Positions 12,220-25,370 of a stretch of DNA of 64,000 bases are shown here, one piece after another; within the stretch, counting starts at the first letter, position 1; every line of letters starts with the position of its first letter. Under the pieces are notes generated by a model. It ran no database searches. It worked only from the letters and a program-made list of their open reading frames with translations, and was not told the origin of the DNA. Source of the DNA: Octopus sinensis (lineage: Eukaryota). The stretch is from NCBI RefSeq assembly GCF_006345805.1, contig NC_043023.1, positions 3,100,001 through 3,164,000 on the forward strand, in the 5' to 3' direction. A program made the translations under genes and the position numbers.

Positions 12220-13190
12220 TAAGAATGATAATGCCTTCTTTATTGGTTACCAGGGCTGGAAACATGACATAAGGGACAATACACAGACAAGGGACAAGGA
12301 GATTAAACCAGTTTGGTACTTCCTCAAAGGGGTAAGTTCCACTGAGAGATGACCAAAGAAACCTTACACACTTAAAACCCTTAAAACCATCCAATGTAAG
12401 CCTAGTACTTATTCTATCGGTCTCTATCGCCGAACTGCTAAGTTACGGGGACATAAACACACCAGCATATTTACTCTTTTACTTGTTTCAGTCATTTGAC
12501 TATGGCCATGCTAGAGCACCGGCTTTAGTCGAGCAAATCGATCCCAGGACTTATTCTTTGGAAGTCTAGTACTTATTCAATTGGCTTCTTCTGTGGTGGA
12601 CGCAATTGAAAGGGTTGAAGATGGGTACCTCCCTCTTCAGCCAAAACCCTTAAAACCATCCAATGTAAGCCTAGTACTTATTCTATCGGTCTCTATCGCC
12701 GAACTGCTAAGTTACGGGGACATAAACACACCAGCATATTTACTCTTTTACTTGTTTCAGTCATTTGACTATGGCCATGCTAGAGCACCGGCTTTAGTCG
12801 AGCAAATCGATCCCAGGACTTATTCTTTGGAAGTCTAGTACTTATTCAATTGGCTTCTTCTGTGGTGGACGCAATTGAAAGGGTTGAAGATGGGTACCTC
12901 CCTCTTCAGCCAAAACCCTTAAAACCAAAGGCACCTCAAGTTGGCACCCCTCTCTTCCTTATTTCATCCAGCCTTCAGATGAACACTTAGTGTAGGGCCA
13001 TTCACATGGACCGTTCTTCATCTGCCACATTCGTCTGCTTTTCAAGAAACATACAGGGTGACAGTACCCCCTCCTCCAGCCTCACTTTCCTTTGCAGGTC
13101 GAACCCGAAAAAGTTAATAAGGCCTTGGCCGAAGAGGAAGGTACCCATCTTCAACCCTTTCAATTGCATCCTCCACAGAAAAGACCAATA
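12220..13190 (-). mobile_element. Possible L1/Tx1-like 3' remnant, interrupted and partly inverted
   Basis: The minus frame near 13080-13010 reads RKVRLEEGVLSPCMFLEKQTNVA, reminiscent of Tx1 ORF2 C-termini. A pyrimidine-rich UTR-like stretch ends in AATAAA near 12240. Recognition is from memory only. Confidence 0.35.
12374..12926 (-). repeat. Perfect 269-bp tandem duplication of a rearranged SINE A tail plus flank
   Basis: aaaacccttaaaacc starts at 12374, 12643 and 12912, with identical sequence between. Confidence 0.93.
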
Positions 13191-13620
13191 GAATAAGTAC
13201 TAGGCTTGCAAAGAATAAGTCCCGGGGTAGATTTGCTTGACTAAAGGTGGTGCTCCAGCATGGCCACAGTCAAATGACTGAAACAAGTAAAAGAGTAAAT
13301 ATGCTGGTGTGTTTATGTCCCCGTAACTTAGCGGTTCGGCAAGAGAGACCGATATAGTAAGTACTAGGCTTACAAAGAATAAGTCCTGGGGTCGATTTGC
13401 TCGACTAAAGGCGGTGCTCCAGCATGGCCACAGTCAAATGACTGAAACAAGTAATAGAGTAAATATGCTGGTGTGTTTATGTCCCCGTAACTTAGCGGTT
13501 CGGCAAGAGAGACCGATATAGTAAGTACTAGGCTTACAAAGAATAAGTCCTGGGGTCGATTTGTTCGACTAAAGGCGGTGCTCCAGCATGGCCACGGTCA
13601 CATGACTGAAACAAGTAAAG
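13190..13620 (+). repeat. SINE A 3'-half tandem array (~2.5 units), inverted relative to 12374-12926
   Basis: Repeated gagtaaatatgctggtgtgtttatgtccccgtaacttagcggttcggc...gaaacaagtaa. Confidence 0.88.
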
Positions 13621-13769
13621 AACTGTTTTGTTTACTCAGAAGCCTACGACATCTATGCTTGTTATGATTATGTGTGCATTCAGCAACAGAAACAACCAAT
13701 GAGAAACCACCTCTCACACAGTTTATCGGCAATCTAATTAATCTAATTAATGCTTGTTAGTTTTGCCTT

Positions 13770-14360
13770 CAGGAGTGTGATCGTTACCAGCGTCACCTTA
13801 CTGGCACTTGTGCCCATGCATTTAGGGTACCAAGAGCACCATCCGAGCGTGATCGTTGCCAGAGCAGCTGACTGGCCTCCGTGCCAATGGCACGTAAAAC
13901 AGCACCATTCGAGCGTGATCATTACCAGCGTCACCTTACTAGCACCTGTGCCGGTGGCATGTGTAAAAAGATTCGAGCGAGGTTGTTGCCAGTACCGCCT
14001 GACTGGCCCCCGTGCTGGTGGCACGTAAGAGCACCCCCAAGAAGATATTATGTAAGATTCTTGCTTCTTAGTCTCCCATCTTGAAATTTCAGCCAATTTT
14101 CTAAGAATTTCTTTGATAAATTTCCTTCATTCATTTGTTACCTTCTTCCTTTCTTTCTAATTCTTTCTTTCTTCCTTTCTTTTGTTCTTTCATTCTCGGA
14201 GTGGTTGGCGTAGGAAGGGCATCCAGCTGTAGAAACTCTGCCAAATCAAGATTGGAGCCAGGTGCAGCCATCTGGTTTGCCAGTCCTCGGTCAAAATCGT
14301 CCAACCCATGCTAGCATGGAAAGCAGACATTAAACAATGATGATGATGATGATGATGATG
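13770..14360 (+). mobile_element. Family C element with VNTR, interrupted by a 163-bp inverted copy of 12016-12177
   Basis: The VNTR ends in gcacgtaagagcaccc (~14036). The element resumes as cggagtggttggcgtaggaagggcatccagctgtag at 14197. Confidence 0.85.
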
Positions 14361-14849
14361 ATCTTCAGCTTTTCTAGCAGTCGTCCTGTACAATCACATC
14401 ATTGAAATCTCAAAGCTATGAAATGATGCACGGTTAACTTGAAACAATCTGAAAAAATAAGAAATTACATTTGCCAGAGTAATTTAAGGGGTGGCATGGC
14501 ATAAAGTAAAAAAAGTCAGATTTTTTTATAACTGGCATGCCATCTGTTACGATGATGTGGGTCGGAGTTGATCCAATCAATGGAAAACCTTCCTCATGAA
14601 ATTAACGTGCAAGTGGCTGAGTACTCCACAGAAATTAACGTGCAAGTGGCTGAGTACTCCACAGACACTTATAGTCTTAACATAGTTCTTAAGGAGAATC
14701 AGCATGACACAATGTGACAAGGCTGATCCTTAGAATTACAGGTACAACTAGTTTTTATCAGCTGAGTACCCTGGGGCAACATACAATAAAGTGTCTTGCT
14801 CAAGGACATAATGTACTACCAGAAATCATCCTCATGTCCTTACAATCAT

Positions 14850-15610
14850 CATCATCGTCGTTTAGCATCCCTTTCCATGCTAGCATGGGTTGGACGGTTT
14901 GACTGAGGGCTGGGGTACCAGATGGCTGCACCAGGCTCCAATCTTGATCTGGCAGAGTTTCTACAGCTGGATGCCCTTCTTAATGCCAACCACTCCGAGA
15001 GTGTGGTGGGTGCTTTTACGTGCCACCGACACAGGGACCAATCAGGCTGTACTGGCAACAATCTCGCTCGAATGTTTTTACGCGTGCCACCGGCACCAGT
15101 GCCAGTAAGGCCACGCTGGTAACAATCACGCTCGAATGGTGCCTTTTATGTGCCTCCGGCATGGGGGCCAGTCAGGCAGTACTGGCAACAACCTCGCTCA
15201 AATGTTTTTACACGTGCCACTGGCACAAGTGCCAGTAAGGCGACGCTGGTAACAATCACGCTCAAATGGTGCCTTTTACGTGCCACCGGCACGGAAGCCA
15301 GATAGCCACTCTGGCAACAATCACACTCAGATGGGCTCTTAACATCCTACTAGCACGGGACTCGAGTGCCCATAAGGCGACGCTGGTAATGATCACACTC
15401 GAATGGTGTCTTTTACATGCCACCGACATGGAAACCAGTTAGCCGCTCTGACAATGATGATGCTTGGATAGTGTTCTTAGCACGCTACTAGCACGAGGCA
15501 CAAGTGCCAGTAAGGCGACGCTGGTAACAATCACGTTCGAATGGTGCCTTTTACGTGCCACCGGCATGGAATCCAGTTAGCTGCCTGGCAACGATCACGC
15601 TCAGATGGTG
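14850..15610 (-). mobile_element. Family C element with long alternating (dimeric) VNTR
   Basis: 3' tail at 14850-15010, then about ten ~60-bp monomers alternating gtgccagtaaggcgacgctggtaac and gccagttag..ctctggcaac types. Confidence 0.85.
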
Positions 15611-16494
15611 CTCTTAGCACCATTCTAGCACAGGGCACAAAACCCTGACCACTAAACTGCACTTCTTCACTTCATATTTTTATATGCAACTTTTAACTGC
15701 AGAAATCAGTGGTTTTAGGTGCAAATTTAAGTGCAGACGATATAATTTCTCATTGGAATTTAATAAAAGTGCCAAGATTCTTTGAGAAAAAGATTATTCT
15801 TTGATTTAAAGCATAAATATAGCATCACCATGTTAGCTTATGGTTGTGAAGAGGACATTTTGTTTGTTGTTTTTAGAATAGGATGTATTGTTTTTTTGTT
15901 TGTTTTGTTGGATGAAGAATTGTTTTCTCAGTTTATTTTCATTCCAAATAGTAAAAATTAATCAAGAGTAATAACTAATTACTGGAATAATGAATGTGTC
16001 TGCTTAGTAGAAAATTTATGACTAATTTAATTTTTTTTTTTTTGTTCTTGCTTCATTCATTTGACTGAAGCCATTCTGGAACAACACTTTGATGGATCTT
16101 AGTCATGCAGTCGACCCCAGGACTTTTATTATTTTAAGCCTAGTACTTATTCTATCAGTTTTTGTTTTTTTTTGCTGGACTGCTAAGTTACAGGAACATA
16201 AATACACCAGCACCGGTTGTCAAGCAATGATGAGTGGGGACTAGAACAGACTCAAAGACACAAACACGCAGATATATACATACATACATACATGTATATA
16301 TGTATATATATACGATGGGCTTCTTTCAGTTTCTGTCTACCAAATCCACTCACAAAGCTTTGGTTGGCCCGAGGCTATAGCAGAAGACACTTGCCCAAGG
16401 TGCCATGCAATGGGACACTCACATATAAACATATAAAGATATCTGTCTATCTATCTATATATATATATATATATATATAAAATCGAAATCGATC

Positions 16495-16884
16495 GACATC
16501 AATGGAAATTGTAGCTGTGATACCAGTGCCGATGGCACGTAAGCCGTTGCCAGCGCCGCCCCGACTGGCCTCGTGCCGGTGGCATGTAAAAAGCACCATC
16601 CAAACGTGGCCATTGCCAGCTTCGCCTGGCCACTGTGCCGGTGGCACATAAAAGGCACCATCCAGCCGTGGCCATTTGCCAACTTCGTCTGGCACCTGTG
16701 CCAGTGGCACGTAAAAAGCACCCACTACACTCATGGAGTGGTTGGCGTTAGGAAGGGCATCCAGCTGTAGAAACATTGCCAGATCAGACTGGAGCCTGGT
16801 GCAGCCTTCTGGCTTCCCAGAACCCAGTTGAACTGTCCAACCCATGCCAGCATGGAAAGTGGATGCTAAATGATGATGATGATG

Positions 16885-16890
<6 letters not shown>
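16495..16890 (+). mobile_element. Family C element, three VNTR units plus (GAT)n tail
   Basis: gccggtggcatgtaaaaagcaccatcc repeats followed by the conserved tail. Confidence 0.88.
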
Positions 16891-16925
<35 letters not shown>

Positions 16926-17591
16926 CTTACTCTTCTTCTACTTGTTTCAATCATTTGACTGTGGCCGCCATGCTGGAGCACCACCTTTAGTCGAGAAATG
17001 TTGCCAAGCATTTTCTCCAGCATTCTAGGAATTTTACCTGTTCATCACCTTAATTATAATTGTTTCTACCATGGGTGCAAAACCTGAGATTTTGGTGGGA
17101 CAAACATCACCCCCTGTACTTATTCTTTGTAAGCCTAATACTTATTCTATTTATCTTATTAAGTTACGGGGAAGTAAACACACCAACACCTATTGTCAAG
17201 GAATGGTGGGGGGAGTCAAACACAGACACAATCACAATATATATATATATATATATTATATATATTATATATGATGGGCTTCTTTCAGTTTCCATCTACC
17301 AAATCCACTCACAAAGGCCAAAAAGTTAATGGTATAGAGGAAGTGAATTATACTGACCCCAGTGCTCAACTGGTATTTATTTCATTGACCCTGAAAGGAC
17401 GAAAGGCAAAGTTGACCTCAGGAGTATTTGAACTCAGAATGCAGTGACAGGTGAAATATCACTAAGCATTTCATCCAGTGAGTTAATGATTCTGCTAGCT
17501 TGTCACTCTTATACTTGTTTCAGTCATTTGACTGCGGTCATGCTGGAGCACTGCCTTTAGTCGAAGAAATCAACCACAGGACTTATTCTTT

Positions 17592-17720
17592 TGGAGGATG
17601 GTGTTGAAGGCTTCATCGTTGAGTGGGTTGTATGTGCAGATGTATGGTAGGGCTTTTGGTTGTAAATCCTTCTTTAATTTGGGATGCCTGAGTTCCTGGA
17701 TGTTGAGTTGAAGGGCATGT
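17592..17720 (-). pseudogene. Penelope-like element fragment (RT-endonuclease linker)
   Basis: The minus frame reads QLNIQELRHPKLKKDLQPKALPYICTYNPLNDEAFNTILQ, matching ..LKILPYISTHNPKNIEAYTTIIQN in the PLE ORF at 31394-32448. Confidence 0.7.
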
Positions 17721-18062
17721 TAAAAGCATATGAAAGGATGAAAGGCAAAATCGACCTCGGCGGAGTTTGAACTCAGAACATAACAGCAGATGAAAAACCT
17801 ATTTCTTTACTGCCCACAAGGGGCTAAACACAGAGGAGACAAACAAGGAGAGACAAACGGATTAAGTCAATTACATCGACCCCAGTGCGTAACTGGTACT
17901 TATTTAATCGACCCCAAAAGAATGAAAGACAAAGTCGACATCGGCGGAATTTGAACTCAGAACGTAACAGCAGACGAAATACCACTAAGAATTTCGCCCA
18001 TTGTGCTAACGATTCTACCAGCTCACTGCCTTTGCTAATGATTCTGCCAGCTCGCCACCTTA
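17720..18062 (-). mobile_element. SINE family B with one internal repeat unit
   Basis: Head (reverse complement of ggcgagctggcagaatc.ttagca..gggcgaaatt) at ~17990-18062, body, and a second partial body at 17720-17800. Confidence 0.85.
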
Positions 18063-18537
18063 ATAATAATAATAATAATAATAAGGCCTGAAATTTGGCT
18101 GGGTGGTGCTAGTCAGTTTCAGCAACCCTAGTGTATAACTGGTACCTATTTTATCAACTCAGAAAGGGTAAAAGGTAAAGTTAAACCTCAGCAACATTTG
18201 AAGACAGAATATAAAGAATTAGAAGCATTTTGTCTGGTCTGCAAACAATTTTTCCAGCTTGCCTTATTAATTAATAATTTAAATAATAAATATGTCTGCT
18301 TAGCATCAAATTTATGGCCGATTAATTTCGGAAAAAATTAATCAAATATATTAAAATTTGAAAAATAAATGGAATTGGTCATCAAAAATTTATCATTGCC
18401 AAATATATTTTCTGAAAAACATATTTCTTATTTTTATTTCAATGATTTTCAAAAATGATTTATTTTGAATTTGAAAAGTGGTAAAAGAAAATGGTTCAAA
18501 ATGGTTTTTCTTTTTTAAATTGTTAAAAGTTTTGTTA

Positions 18538-18701
18538 TATACAGCATGGCTGTGTGGTAAGAAGTTTATATCCCAACCACATGGTTCTGGGTTCAGTCCC
18601 ACTGTGTGGCACCTTGGGCAAGTGTCTTCTACTATAGCCTCAAGCCAACCAAAGCATTGTGAGTGGATTTGGTAGACGGAAACTGAAAGAAGCCCATCGT
18701 A

Positions 18702-18770
<69 letters not shown>

Positions 18771-19045
18771 CAAGCGAGGACTTCACCAGTTCCGCTGGAC
18801 TGGCTCCTGTGCAGGTAGCATGTAAAAAGCACCTTTGGATGTGGCTGTTGCCAGTACCACCAGACTGGCCCTCGTGCCGGTGGCACGTAAAAGCACCCAC
18901 TACACTCTCGGAGCGGTTGGCGTTAGGAAGGGCATCCAGCTGTGGAAACTCTGCTATATCAGATTGGAGTCTGGTTCGCCAGACCTCAGTCAAATCGTCC
19001 AACCCATGCTAGCATGGAAAGCGGACGTTAAATGATGATGATGAT
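18538..19045 (+). mobile_element. SINE A head followed by (TA)n and a family C element
   Basis: A head at 18538-18705; C element at 18775-19045 with tail gcggacgttaaatgatgatg. Confidence 0.85.
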
Positions 19046-19574
19046 ATATATATATATATATATATAATACAAAAATGGGACAAGAACGCAAAACATCCAG
19101 ACAGTTAGGTGATACAAAAAAGGGACAACAAAACATCCAAACAGACGATACAAGGAAAACAAGGATGGATCATTCAGAGTTTTCTATCCTCAGTTGAGTT
19201 CCGGATTATCTTTGCAATTTCGGCTGGTTATACTCAAGATTGCTCCAATCTGGCCAGCCCCAAGGAAAAATAAGCTAAGAGCATTACATTCCTTGGAAGA
19301 AACAAGCGAATGTATACGAAAACAAGGACGGGAAAAACAAAAACAGAAATGTTACACAAATATAAATAACAACAGGTGTCTTTCGACTAATGACAAATTA
19401 AATTAAGCTTGCGTGTTTGGAAGTAAAGTCTTATGGCGGGAAAATAAGATTTAACAGACACAGGGAGGAATATAGATGTTGCACGGACAATAGTCCAACC
19501 AAGAAAGAAAGGTCAGGCCTGGCCAAACACCGGTCACATGGGGAGAGAAGAGAGAGAGAGGTAGAGGTAGAGGG

Positions 19575-19736
19575 ATAATTCAGTTTTGCAGATTAATAGA
19601 TATATGGGTATTCTATTTCAGATAATACAAAAAAAAATGACCTAATAAGTATATCTGAAAGTAAACTTATTTTTTTTCTTTTGTATTATCTGAAATAGAA
19701 TACCCGCATATCTATTAATCCCCAAAACTGAATTAT
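19575..19736. repeat. 162-bp hairpin (58-bp inverted arms), MITE-like
   Basis: ataattcagttttgcagattaatagatatatgggtattctatttcagataatacaaaa pairs with ttttgtattatctgaaatagaatacccgcatatctattaatccccaaaactgaattat with 4 mismatches. Confidence 0.88.
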
Positions 19737-20030
19737 TATAGACTTTTATAAGATATTTTGTATATTTCTAGATAAATATATGAATATATGATATATAAGA
19801 CCCCAAGGTATGATATGCAGATCCATGTAATGCTGAAGGGTTGCACCTGATTGATTTGGAATTTTGTTTTCCCAAATTATTTAAATTATATCATCATCAT
19901 CATCATCACCATCATCATCATTGTCACCACCATCATCATCATCATCATCATAATAATTATCATCACCATCATCATCATTGTGATTGTCACCATCATCATC
20001 ATCCCTACAGAAACTGAAATAAGCCTGTCG

Positions 20031-20061
<31 letters not shown>

Positions 20062-20519
20062 TTGTGAGTCTCTGTTTGTCCCCCTAGCATTGCTTGACAA
20101 CCGATGCTGGTGTGTTTACGTCCCCGTCACTTAGCTGTTCAGCAAAAGAGACTGATAGAATAAGTACTGGCTTACAAAGAATAAGTCCCGGGGTCATTTG
20201 CTCGACTAAAAGGTGTTGCTCCAGCATGGCCGCAGTCAAATGACTGAAACAAGTAAAAGAGTAAAAAATCAGAGTGTCAGGGAGACAAGTTATCAGGTGG
20301 TTGTGTGAATTGCTAGAAATGACAGTTAAATCACCCTCACTTCACACACAAACAAAATCTTTTTTTGCATTATTATATGAAATCCCATATGTAGAACACA
20401 AATTCTTTAAAATTTTCGAAAAAATTCCCAAAACTAAAAAAGTTATGGTGGGGTTATATGGCATGCTTAAACCAGTATTCCACCCCAACAATAAACTGCT
20501 CTGTTTCTCCATGATATCT

Positions 20520-21555
20520 GTTTCTTTATTACCAACAAGGGGCTAAACATAGAGGGGACAAACAAGGACAGACAAATGGATTAAGTCAATTACAACAACC
20601 CAGTGTGTAACTGGTACTAATTTATCGAACCCCGAAAGGATGAACGGCAAAGTAGAATTTGAACTCAGAACGTACTGGCAGATGAAATACCTATTTCTTT
20701 ACTGCCCACAAGGGGCTACACACAGAGGGGACAGAAAGGGACAGACAAAGGGATTAAGTCGATTACATCGAGCCCAGTGCGTACCTGGTACTTAATTTAT
20801 CAGCCCCGAAAGGATGAAAGGCAAAGTAGACCTCAGCAGAAGAAATAGCTATTTCTTTACTACCAACAAGGGGCTAAACACAGAGGGGACAATCAAGGAC
20901 AGACAAACAGATTAAGTCGATTACATCGACCCCAGTGCATAACCGGTACTTAATTTATCAGCCCCGAAAGGATGAAAGGCAAAGTAGACCTCAGCAGACG
21001 AAATACCTATTTCTTTACTGCCCACAAGGGACTAAACATAGAGGGGACAAACAAGGACAGACAAACGAATTAAGTCTATTACATCGACCCCAGTGTGTAA
21101 CTGGTACTTAATTTATCGATCCCGAAAGGATGAAAGGCAAAGTAGACCTCAGCAGACAAAATATCTATTTCTTTACTACCCACAAGGGGCTAAACACAGA
21201 GGGGACAAACAAGGACAGAAAAATGAATTAAGTCGATTACATCGACCCCAGTGTGTAACTGGTACTTAATTTATCGACCCCGAATGGATGAAAGGCAAAA
21301 TGGACCTCAGCAGACGAAATATCTATTTCTTTACTACCCACAAGGGGCTACACACAGAGAGGACAAACAAGGACAGACAAAGGGATTAAGTCGATTACAT
21401 CAACTCCAGTGCATAACTGGTACTTAATTTATCGATCCCGAAAAGATGAAAGGTAAGGTAGACCTCGGTGGAATTTGAACGCAGAACATAGCGGCAGACG
21501 AAATACCACTAAGCATTTCGCCCGGCGTGCTAACGATTCTGCCTGCTCGCCACCT
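20520..21555 (-). repeat. SINE B-derived tandem array, 158-bp unit x6, capped by the tRNA head
   Basis: tttctttac starts at 20694, 20852, 21010, 21168 and 21326; first unit at 20521; head at 21460-21555. Confidence 0.92.
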
Positions 21556-22477
21556 ATCCGTTACTCCATGATACTATAGTCAAGCACCTAAGCTGTCTCG
21601 TTGCCCGTAATACCCTGGTGTATTATCAAATTCAATAGTTATTTTATGTAAACTAACCTTCAAATATATTTGAAACAAGTTGATTTAGCTCCAATCAGTA
21701 AAAAGGCAAAAATTTGCGGTGATTATTTTCTTTATTGTTGTAGTTCCAATTTTTGTTGTTTGTGGGGTTCTTTTATTTTTTATTTTTTAATGAAAATCAC
21801 TTTATGTAGCTTCGTTTGCTTATCAAGAATAATTAAAATTTCTAAACGAACATTGAATTATTTGATAATGAAACAAAAGTTAAAATGGTGGAAAGTGAAA
21901 GTAGAAGAAAAATATAAAAAACAAAAAAAGTGAAATAAATAACAAAACACAATTGAATTTGCTCTGAGGAATAAATTCTTTGTCAGCGAAATATTGTGAT
22001 CGGCGGAGGATAATGTAATATTTCGATAATTTGATAAAAGAGAAGAGGAAATATAAAAATAATTGCACAGATATATATATATACATGCAAACATCCGTGT
22101 GTGTGTGTGTAATATATTTATATGTGTGTATATATATATTTATGTATATATGTATGCAAGTGGATATTAGTATAAACATTTATATTTATATATATGTATA
22201 TATATATATATATATACAAGTATAAATAGTGTATATATATAGAGAGATATATATATATATGTAAAAGGATATGTGTTTGTGCTTGTGTGTGTGTGTAATG
22301 TGTTTATATGCATGAATATATGCATGTATGTATATGCATGTATATATATTCATGCATCTATGTATATATGTATGTAAGCATATATTAGTATGTGTATATA
22401 TATATATATATGTATATGTATATATACACCCACGCATATATATATGTGTGTGTATATATATATGGTATATATATATA

Positions 22478-22499
<22 letters not shown>

Positions 22500-22511
<12 letters not shown>

Positions 22512-23155
22512 GGTGTATATAAGTATAGATACATGTGTATGTAGACATATATGTAATAGCACGTTTGTATATGTGTGTGTGCATATGCATGTATATATGT
22601 ATATATAAGTATATATGCATGTGTATATATGTGTGTGTTAGCATATATGTAAAAACACACGTGTGTATGTGTGTGCATATGCATGTATGTATGTATGGAT
22701 GGATGGATATATAATTGCACATATATATATGTATATGCATGTAATTATATATGTATACATATATATGTATGTGTATATGTGGTTGTATATAGATGTATAT
22801 ATGTAAAATCACGTGTGTGTGTGTTCTGTGTGCATGCATATGCACATATGTATAGACACAAATATATATACTAACATGTGTGATATAAGTGTATATATGT
22901 GTGTCAGTATATATAGGTATATGTAGTAAAAGCACTGTATGTAATGCTGTGTGTGTGTGTCTGTATGTGTATATTATATACATGTAATTCAATAAATATT
23001 AGAAAATAACAACAATATTATTATAATGATAATGATAGTATTGATGATGATGATGATGATGAAGACGACGACGATGGTGATGATGATGATGATGACGATA
23101 ACGATGATGATGACATTGATGGTGATGATGATGATGATATGACATTGATGATGAC

Positions 23156-23202
<47 letters not shown>

Positions 23203-24001
23203 CGACGACGATGGTGATGATGATGATGATAATGATAGTATTGATGATGATGATGATATTTGCTGTTTGATGATTTCAATACTAATTGATGTAAACTGAA
23301 CTGTTAATACGTGTATTTGTGTATGAATGTTTGTGTGTGTGTATATATATATATGTATATATATAGGTGTATATAAGTATAGATACATGTGTATGTAGAC
23401 ATTATGTAATAGCACGTTTGTATATGTGTGTGTGCATATGCATGTATATATGTAATATAAGTATTATGCATGTGTATATATGTGTGTGTTGGCATATATG
23501 TAAAAACACACGTGTGTATGTGTGTGCATATGCATGTATGTATGTATGGATGGATGGATATATAATTGCACATATATATATGTATATGCATGTAATTATA
23601 TATGTATACATATATATGTATGTGTATATGTGTGTGTATATAGATGTATATATGTAAAATCACGTGTGTGTGTGTTCTGTGTGCATGCATATGCACATAT
23701 GTATAGACACAAATATATATACTAACATGTGTATATAAGTGTATATGTGTCAGTATATAGGTATATGTATGTAAAAGCACTTGTATGTATGCTGTGTGTG
23801 TGTCTGTATGTGTATATTATATACATGTAATTCAATAAATATTAGAAAATTAACAATAATAATTATTATAATGATAATGATAGTATTGATGATGATGATG
23901 ATGATGAAGACGACGACGATGGTGATGATGATGATGATGACGATAACGATGATAATGACATTGATGGTGATGATGATGATGATGATGACATTGATGATGA
24001 C

Positions 24002-24056
<55 letters not shown>

Positions 24057-24215
24057 TGATGATGATGATGATGACGACGACGACGATGGTGATGATGATG
24101 ATGATAATGATAGTATTGATGATGATGATGATATTTGCTGTTTGATGATTTCAATACTAATTGATGTAAACTTAACTGTTAATACGTGTATTTGTGTATG
24201 AATGTTTGTGTGTGT
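22500..24215. repeat. ~854-bp tandem duplication of a microsatellite-rich segment
   Basis: aggtgtatataagtatagatacatg at 22511 and 23365. The internal order, including ttcaataaatattagaaaat and tttgctgtttgatgatttcaatac, is conserved. Confidence 0.9.
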
Positions 24216-24329
24216 GTATATATATATGTGTGTGTGTGTGTGTGCGTATGTGTGTGTGTATACATGTATGCAAGATCATATGTATAGATTGATGTACGTC
24301 TGTGCATATATATGTATGTATGTATGTAC

Positions 24330-24740
24330 TCTTTACTCTTTTACTCTTTTACTTGTTTCAGTCATATGACTGCGGCCATGCTGGAGCACCGTCTTTAATC
24401 GAGTAACTCGACCCCGGGACTTATTCTTTTGTAAGCCCAGTACTTATTCTATCAGTCTCTTTTGTCGAACCGCTAAGTGACGGGGACGTAAACACACCAG
24501 CATCGGTTGTCAAGCAATGCTAGGGGGAAAAACAAGACAACCACAACCACGCACGCATATATATATATATATTATTACATTATACGACAGGCTTCTTTCA
24601 GTTTCTGTCTACCAAATCCACTCGCAAGCTTTGGTCGGCCCGAGGCTATAGTAGACACTTGCCCAAGGTGCCATGCAGTGGGACTGAACCCGGAACCGTA
24701 TGGTTGGTAAACAAGCTACTTACCACACAGCCACTCCTGT
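24330..24740 (-). mobile_element. SINE family A, near full length
   Basis: Same head, body and tail motifs as the other A copies. Confidence 0.9.
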
Positions 24741-24935
24741 ATGTATGTATGTATGTATGTCATCTCATCTCTCTGTCTATCTATACAGAGGGTGAGACAG
24801 ACAGAGACAGCTATAGATATGAATATACACCCTCATCTGTGTCCATTTATTTATGTATATATATGCTCTCACACACACAAACACATGTGTGTGTATGTGT
24901 GTGACAGAGAGAGAATGTATAGATATATGTGCGAG

Positions 24936-24976
<41 letters not shown>

Positions 24977-25232
24977 GTATATATATATATATATATGTCT
25001 ATATGTATGTATATATATATATTTGTATGTATGTATATATGTATGTATGTATGTATTTGTATAAAAGCACATGTGTATATATATTTATTTAATTGAACAC
25101 AACGAATCCCTTCCCAAGTAAGTATATATGTGTGTGTATATATATATATGTGTGTGTGTATATATATATATCTATATATATGTTGTAGCCACAGAAGCTA
25201 ATAGTTGGAGTAGTAATAGTAGTATTCAGATG

Positions 25233-25269
<37 letters not shown>

Positions 25270-25329
25270 CAGCAGCAGCATAAACAAAAGAGAGATTACT
25301 CAGTGCTAAGTTGGCAACAGCAGTATGTA

Positions 25330-25370
<41 letters not shown>

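Noticed and set aside
12254-12331. 78-nt plus-strand exon candidate with gtaagt donor (GWKHDIRDNTQTRDKEIKPVWYFLKG), and a 43-nt candidate at 13098-13140
   Set aside because: Both lie in the rearranged block that looks like antisense retroelement sequence; no independent support.
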